A stretch of 64,000 bases of DNA from the human T2T-CHM13v2.0 reference genome, Homo sapiens, in assembly GCF_009914755.1 (NCBI RefSeq), contig NC_060928.1; one strand, written 5' to 3'. Both the position numbers and the translations under genes were made by a program. Below the pieces are notes generated by a model, which saw only the letters and a list, made by a program, of their open reading frames with translations, had not been told where the DNA came from and searched no databases. Positions 63,031-64,000 of this stretch are shown in pieces (the stretch's first letter is position 1; each line of letters begins with the position of its first letter).

Positions 63031-63707
63031 CAGATATTTTTAAGAGGAACTCTTTTGTTGTTCATTTGAGTAAGCAGTGAATGCTATTTTCTCTTTACTT
63101 TTTAAATTAAATGCATTTTCATCATTTTGAGTTTTTAAAAAAATGTTCAAAATATAGTTAACAGCATATAAATTGGTACCACTCTTTCAGCAATTGCTCT
63201 ACACATGTGAAAAAGTCAAGCCACGTTTTCCTAAGGTACCCATTCTCTTTCAAAACATTTTTTAATGCCTGCGATTCTCTTTTTCCTAGGGCTGATGGGG
63301 TAAAATGAAGATTTGGTGAAAGTGAAATATGGTCAAAGTTTCCTCTCAAACATAGAATTTTATGGCAGTAAAAGAAAAGCAGGAGTCACTATATTTATGC
63401 ATTTGGCTTCCTGATTTTAAGGGTGAGATGATGTTTCTTAACCTTCAGTAGCAGTTCTCTTTTGCATTGCAGCTGTAATATATGTATTGTAGTTAGCGAT
63501 TGTTACATTCAAATTCATTTTTAAAAAATTTTCTAGATTGATTATTCAAAAGCCCTGTGAGAAAATTACTCGCCTTATGTTTTCTTTTGAAACATACTTA
63601 AAAATCTAGGTTAAAAATATAAACCTCTTAAGAAGAATGAATATGTGGTTATGTAGGATACTTCCTGGAAATTCTTAATGGCCTTTACTAACAAAAAAAA
63701 ATGCAAT

Positions 63708-63923
63708 ACTGAAGCCTCTGCTCCCAGGCTCAGGTGATCTTCCCACCTCAGTCTCCCGAGTAGCTGGGGCTATAGGCGCATGCCACTATGCTGAGCTAAT
63801 TTTTTTTTTTTTTTGTAGAGGCGGGGGTTTTGCCATGTTGCCTAAATTTGTGAGCTCAAGAGATCTGCCTACCTGGGCTGCCCAAAGTGCTGGGATTATA
63901 GACATGAGCCACTGTGCCTAGCC
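63708..63923 (-). mobile_element. AluJ, partial
   Basis: GGCTCAGGTGATCTTCCCACCTCAG...CCCAAAGTGCTGGGATTATAGACATGAGCCACTGTGCCTAGCC. Confidence 0.9.
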
Positions 63924-64000
63924 AGTAATCTTAATAAACAGATATTTCATTAATAACTTTTTTCTAAAACAATTTTTATGTGTATTTATTTTAATGATTA

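Overview
Primate, most likely human or great-ape, AT-rich non-coding DNA with no CpG island. It is dominated by interspersed repeats. I recognise no intact cellular protein-coding gene, RNA gene or CRISPR array, and nearly all long ORFs in the track come from L1, Alu or simple repeats. The main elements are: a full-length L1PA4-like element (53677-59822, +) with perfect TSDs; a near full-length L1PB (39777-46871, -) nested in a near-complete Tigger1; a 5'-inverted (twin-primed) L1PA3-like insertion with a short 3' transduction (7561-9440); an ERV-L pol relic; and several Alu, MIR, L2, MaLR and MER elements. The best leads are: (1) an open, extended antisense ORF0 in the L1PA4 whose splice donor is in frame with two well-formed minus-strand exon candidates, suggesting an L1 antisense-promoter chimeric transcript; (2) a 43-bp G.U-rich hairpin at 4290-4403; (3) a CArG+ETS serum-response element at 19701-19720; (4) plus-strand exon-like segments with single stop codons near 1.1-3.3 kb. 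Repeat subfamily names come from remembered consensus features, not a database search. Transcription and function are unverified inferences.
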